This document shows positions 1 through 64,000 of a stretch of DNA of 64,000 nucleotides, piece after piece. Source of the DNA: Octopus sinensis (Eukaryota). Both the position numbers and the translations under genes were made by a program. Each line of letters opens with the position of its first letter. The first letter of the stretch is position 1. The notes beneath the pieces are model-generated. The model was given only the letters and a program-made list of their open reading frames with translations. It ran no database searches and was not told the DNA's origin. The stretch spans positions 14,942,001 to 15,006,000 of the forward strand of contig NC_043012.1 in NCBI RefSeq assembly GCF_006345805.1. Direction: 5' to 3'.

Positions 1-1208
1 CAAAGAATAAGTCCTGGGGTCGATTTAGTCGACTAAAGGTGGTGCTCCAGCATGGCCACAGTCAAATGACTGAAACAAGTAAAAGAGTAAAAAAGTATAG
101 ACAAAACAATCTGTTAGATAAGCTGCTAAGATTGAATATTGAATGTTTAAATTTTAGTGGCATTGAGCAGATGAGAACCGTGCTGATAGGTTTCTGTAGA
201 CTGTTTAGAAGAAGATCTTAAGAGGGAAATGTATATTGGAAAAGATAAAACAAAGACTTACCACAGCAAAGTTCAAGTAAGATAGACATTAAGGCCAAAG
301 ATGAAAGAATCGGTGTTAGATAGTCTGACAAGCAGATAAGTTGTGTGTGTGTGTGTGTGCACGCACATGCATGAGCATGCATGCTTGATTGGAAAGCAAT
401 ATTTAATGATTACTTAGGATTACATTACTTCCTTAGCAAATAGCTAGCTTTTACTGATGTAATTTTAGTTTATCTTCATGGAACATATTGTTATAAGACA
501 GTTAATCACTTTACACATAGCAATGAAGTGATGCAAAAGTTGTCTTGTTTTGTAAACATATGATGAAATTAAGGATTATGAACTTAGTAGTACTAGAAAT
601 ACAATTGGCTAGTGGCATCTATACTATAATAAAGCTGCTTAATATTAGTTATGAGCATGCAACTTTTATTAAAAGAAACTAGTTATTAAACTCTGCACTG
701 TCTAGAGAATTCATATAAATTCCAATATTAATATATATTTTTATCAAAATGTGGTTTTATGCTTCTTTTATTACTGAAAATTTCAACTGTGTGCTAACCA
801 GGAAACTAATTCTTATTCACTCTTACATAGGTTTTCTTTTTTTTTTTTTACTGTCTCACAGTAGTATCCCTTTTCTTCTATTTCCTTGCAACATTCTCTC
901 TCTCTCTTTCCACATTTTCATTGTTTACAGCTTCTATTTCTGTTAGTCTTTCTATTTCTCTGTCCTTATAACATTTTTCTCTCTCATTCTTATCCTCAGC
1001 AATTTTTTTTTAATGTCTTTCTCCTTTCAGTCTTTGTCTTACTTTCCTTACAATACTCTCGCTATCTCTATATTGCTATTAATTCAATCGTTTTCATTAA
1101 AAATAAGTGATTACAAAGTTTTACTTTGAGATTATTTATAAACATTTTTGTGAATATTTTTATACTATATTTATCATATCAAAATTACTTTAAAATTTTT
1201 CATTTCGA

Positions 1209-1262
<54 letters not shown>

Positions 1263-2224
1263 CAGACATGCACATTACAGCAGTTTTGTACAAGCAAACA
1301 TGACATACACTATCAGATAACCGTGAGAGGGCAGTTTACTGTTTGTATTGTAAATAATGCCAGGAAATGTGGTCATAGTAACCTAAGATAGTTGAAACTG
1401 TGATATTGGTTATAGATTAAATAGACCATTTAATCTATGCCAACATGATAAAATAGCTGTTTTTCCCTCAATATTTTATGGACAATTGAGGTTAGATAAA
1501 CATTTAATTTGTTGTTTCTCTTGTTATAAAGGAATTTAGTCTCAAAGAAGCTTTTTTTTTTATGTGTAAAAATCAGTTTTGTTTTTTATACTTCTTGTTT
1601 TTGTTTTATTAAGTAAATTATTAATAACGAGCGAAGTAATTTTTTTTCTCTCTCGTTTGTTATTGGCTTATGAAGTAAAATAGCTGCTGCCCGAACAGAT
1701 GGAGTAGTTTGGAAAGATGCCATAGTTGTCTTTGAAATTGGTTTCAGTGGAACAATCATATTGATTGTTTTTTATTGTTACTATTCTGTCTTTTAGAATA
1801 TGGACATCAGGGATAAAACTGTTCTGAGAAGACTTTCTCTTTTTGACCTATGAAAGTATTAAGTTACAAAGTCAATGATTCTCTTGTAAAACCAACATTT
1901 TGTGATATGCACTGTAATCAATTAAAATGAATATTTTGTTGTTACTTTAAATGGCTTATCTGAAAGCAAAGGATGCAGTTTAATATTTTATGTTTTCTTC
2001 AGTTATTTTAGGGTCAGCCTATTATCTTTTTTTTTTAAGCAAAGCATTTGAATGCAGTTTCATTTTATTTGTGATTTTTATTATCTCCTTTCTCTGAACA
2101 CCAAAACCATTTTACGAAGAGTGTGAACCGTAAAACAAATCAAACCTAGAAATATCACTGTCTTTTATTGACATTGAGAAAATTAAAGACTTTTTTTTTT
2201 AGTCTTTTTTTTTTTTGTTTATGT

Positions 2225-2582
2225 CACTGTATTGTGGCCATGCTGGTGCACCACATTCAAGGACTTTAATTGAAGAAATTGACCCCAGTACTTATTAGTT
2301 TTAAATCTGGTACTTATTCTGTTGGTCTCTTTTGTAGGGACATAAACAAAACAACACCAGTTGTCAAGTGGCAATGGTGGTAGGGACAGGCACAAAGACA
2401 TCCAATCGCACACACAAACAAACAGAATAGTTTCCTTTCACTTTCCATCTCTGAAATCCTCTCACAAACCTTTGGTCAGCCCTGTGTTATAGTAGAAGAC
2501 ATTTGCCCAAGGTGCCACACAGTAGATCAGAACCAGGAACCATGTGGTTAGGAAGCAAAATCTCTTATCACACACCTGCACC
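2225..2582 (-). mobile_element. tRNA-derived SINE, family B (internal microsatellite type), diverged copy
   Basis: Similar to the young copy at 39758-40235 (gtggccatgctgg, gaccccag, aaccatgtggtt segments). Confidence 0.75.
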
Positions 2583-2854
2583 TTGGTTACGATTTGAAAT
2601 TAGGTCAAAACTCTGCTTCTCTCAGCCACCTTTGATGTCTCTTTATCATAAATGGTTCATCTTTGGTTTCTTTATATTAAACAAATGAAAAATACTTTTG
2701 TGTGTGTGAAGCATTGATACAGAGGGAAGTTTTAGTTTATAGCCATCTTTATATCTTAACGTATATACATTGTTGAAAGGCAATTTACTCAGTATTCGTC
2801 CAGAGACAACATTTGTTATGGATGTTACTGAGGATGAAATGCATCTGGATTTCA

Positions 2855-3250
2855 TCATCATCGTTTAACGTCCACTTTCCATGCTAGCATGGGTTGGATG
2901 AATGACTGAGGGCTGGCAAGCCAGATGGCTGCACCAGGCTCCAATCTTGATCTGGCAGAGTTTCTACAGCTGGATGCCCTTCCTAACACCAACCACTCTG
3001 AGAGTGTAGTGGGTGCTTTTACGTGCCAGTCAGGCGGTACTGGCAACGACCTCGCTCGAATCCTTTACACATGCCACCAGCACATGTGCCAGTAAGACGA
3101 TGCTGGTAACGATCATGCTCGAATGGCGTCTTTTACGTGCCACTGGCATGGAGGCCAGATAGCCGCTCTGGTAACGATCACACTTGGATGGTGCTCTTAA
3201 TACCCTACTAGAACAGGGCTCGAGTGCCAGTAAGGTGATGCTGGTAACGA
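2855..3250 (-). mobile_element. 5'-truncated RTE-type LINE 3' end, family C, with (GAT)n tail
   Basis: catcatcatcgtttaacgtcc...ctacagctggatgcccttcctaac block repeated many times in the window. Confidence 0.75.
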
Positions 3251-3745
3251 TTTATGTATATGAAATTGAAAGAAATAACTGATTTAATGCCAGTGTATTA
3301 TTGGTAGAAATGTCAGCAAGGAATGTATTAGTCAGAAGTTCCAGTTCCACCGAGAGTGATTCTGACATGAAAATGACTTTGAAGTTGTTTATATACTTTT
3401 GGGGTTATTTTTCTTCTTTTATATAAAGCAGTTGTGGACATGAATGCAACTAGGTCTTTTTATTCTTTTATGGTTTACTTGAAGCATTTTTTTTGTAAAT
3501 ATTGCTAAGGGATGGTGAAAATCACATCCGGAACTTATTAAAGACTGAAAGTTTGAATAAATGTATGTGGTAATGTTTATATATCTTCCTTGTATTCTTG
3601 TATTAGCCTCTCTGTCTTTGTAAGCCATTAAAAAACAAAAATAAATGATACAAATATGTTGTGATAATTTTTTTCTGTATATCAGTTTCAGCAAATCACT
3701 AAATATTCCTTCTTTTTTCTTCTCTCTCTCCTTTCTAGACAACCA

Positions 3746-63554
<59,809 letters not shown>

Positions 63555-64000
63555 GTGAGTATACCAGTTGAGCACTGGAGTCAATGTAATCAACTTGCCC
63601 CCTCTCCCAAAATTGCCATCCCACTGCCAGAATTTGGAATCAATATTGATGTATGGTATAATATAAACAACAAAATCACCATAAATCTAAAACCCCTTAC
63701 TAAATTTGACCCTATAAGAATGAGGGACAACTTAGAACAACAAAAACCTTCAATCATGAGTTTCCCAACAGATGTTGTTAGATTTCACTCCTTCAATATC
63801 AACAAAGACAAAGGTTTAGTTGCAAGAATTCAAAGAGACTGGATTATTGCTGAGCAAAAATACAGTCTTTTATCCAAGAACAAAGAGTTTCTTTTTTTTC
63901 ACTCCCAACATACTGACATGTCTTGGATCTCTTTTCTGCTCTACAATCACATAAGACAATAATGGTGGATGGTTCTCTACCTTATTTACATCTGTAGAGC

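Overview
AT-rich, microsatellite- and repeat-dense eukaryotic DNA. The repeat families (tRNA-derived SINEs with internal TA/TG tracts, RTE-type LINE tails ending in (GAT)n, CR1, mariner, Penelope-like elements) suggest an octopod cephalopod; this is inference. One protein-coding gene spans nearly the whole window on the + strand: an oxysterol-binding-protein-related lipid transfer protein of the OSBPL10/11 group. I assembled 18 GT-AG coding exons by hand (3746-63554, 2046 nt, 682 aa, splice phases consistent). They encode a PH domain, a coiled-coil/dimerisation segment, a Ser/Pro/His-rich linker and an ORD with the LPTFILE lid and EQVSHHPP signature. The final exon(s) lie beyond the window. 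Everything else is intronic. Most notable: (1) an RTE-type LINE insertion with the full twin-priming signature (inverted 5' part, overlap, junction microhomology, 9-bp TSD) about 30 bp after exon 11; (2) a 12-kb intron 8 holding a candidate early-stop terminal exon, an array of X-box-like palindromes, a candidate poison exon and a CpG-retaining region that may be an internal promoter for an ORD-only isoform; (3) hammerhead-ribozyme cores, one beside a tRNA-like head at the end of a Penelope-like element; (4) an 851-bp miniature Gypsy element with both LTRs and a 5-bp TSD; (5) an Arg in the normally hydrophobic position of the NPI[I/L]GE motif. No prokaryotic-type system or CRISPR array is present. 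Repeat coordinates are approximate; exon coordinates were counted base by base.
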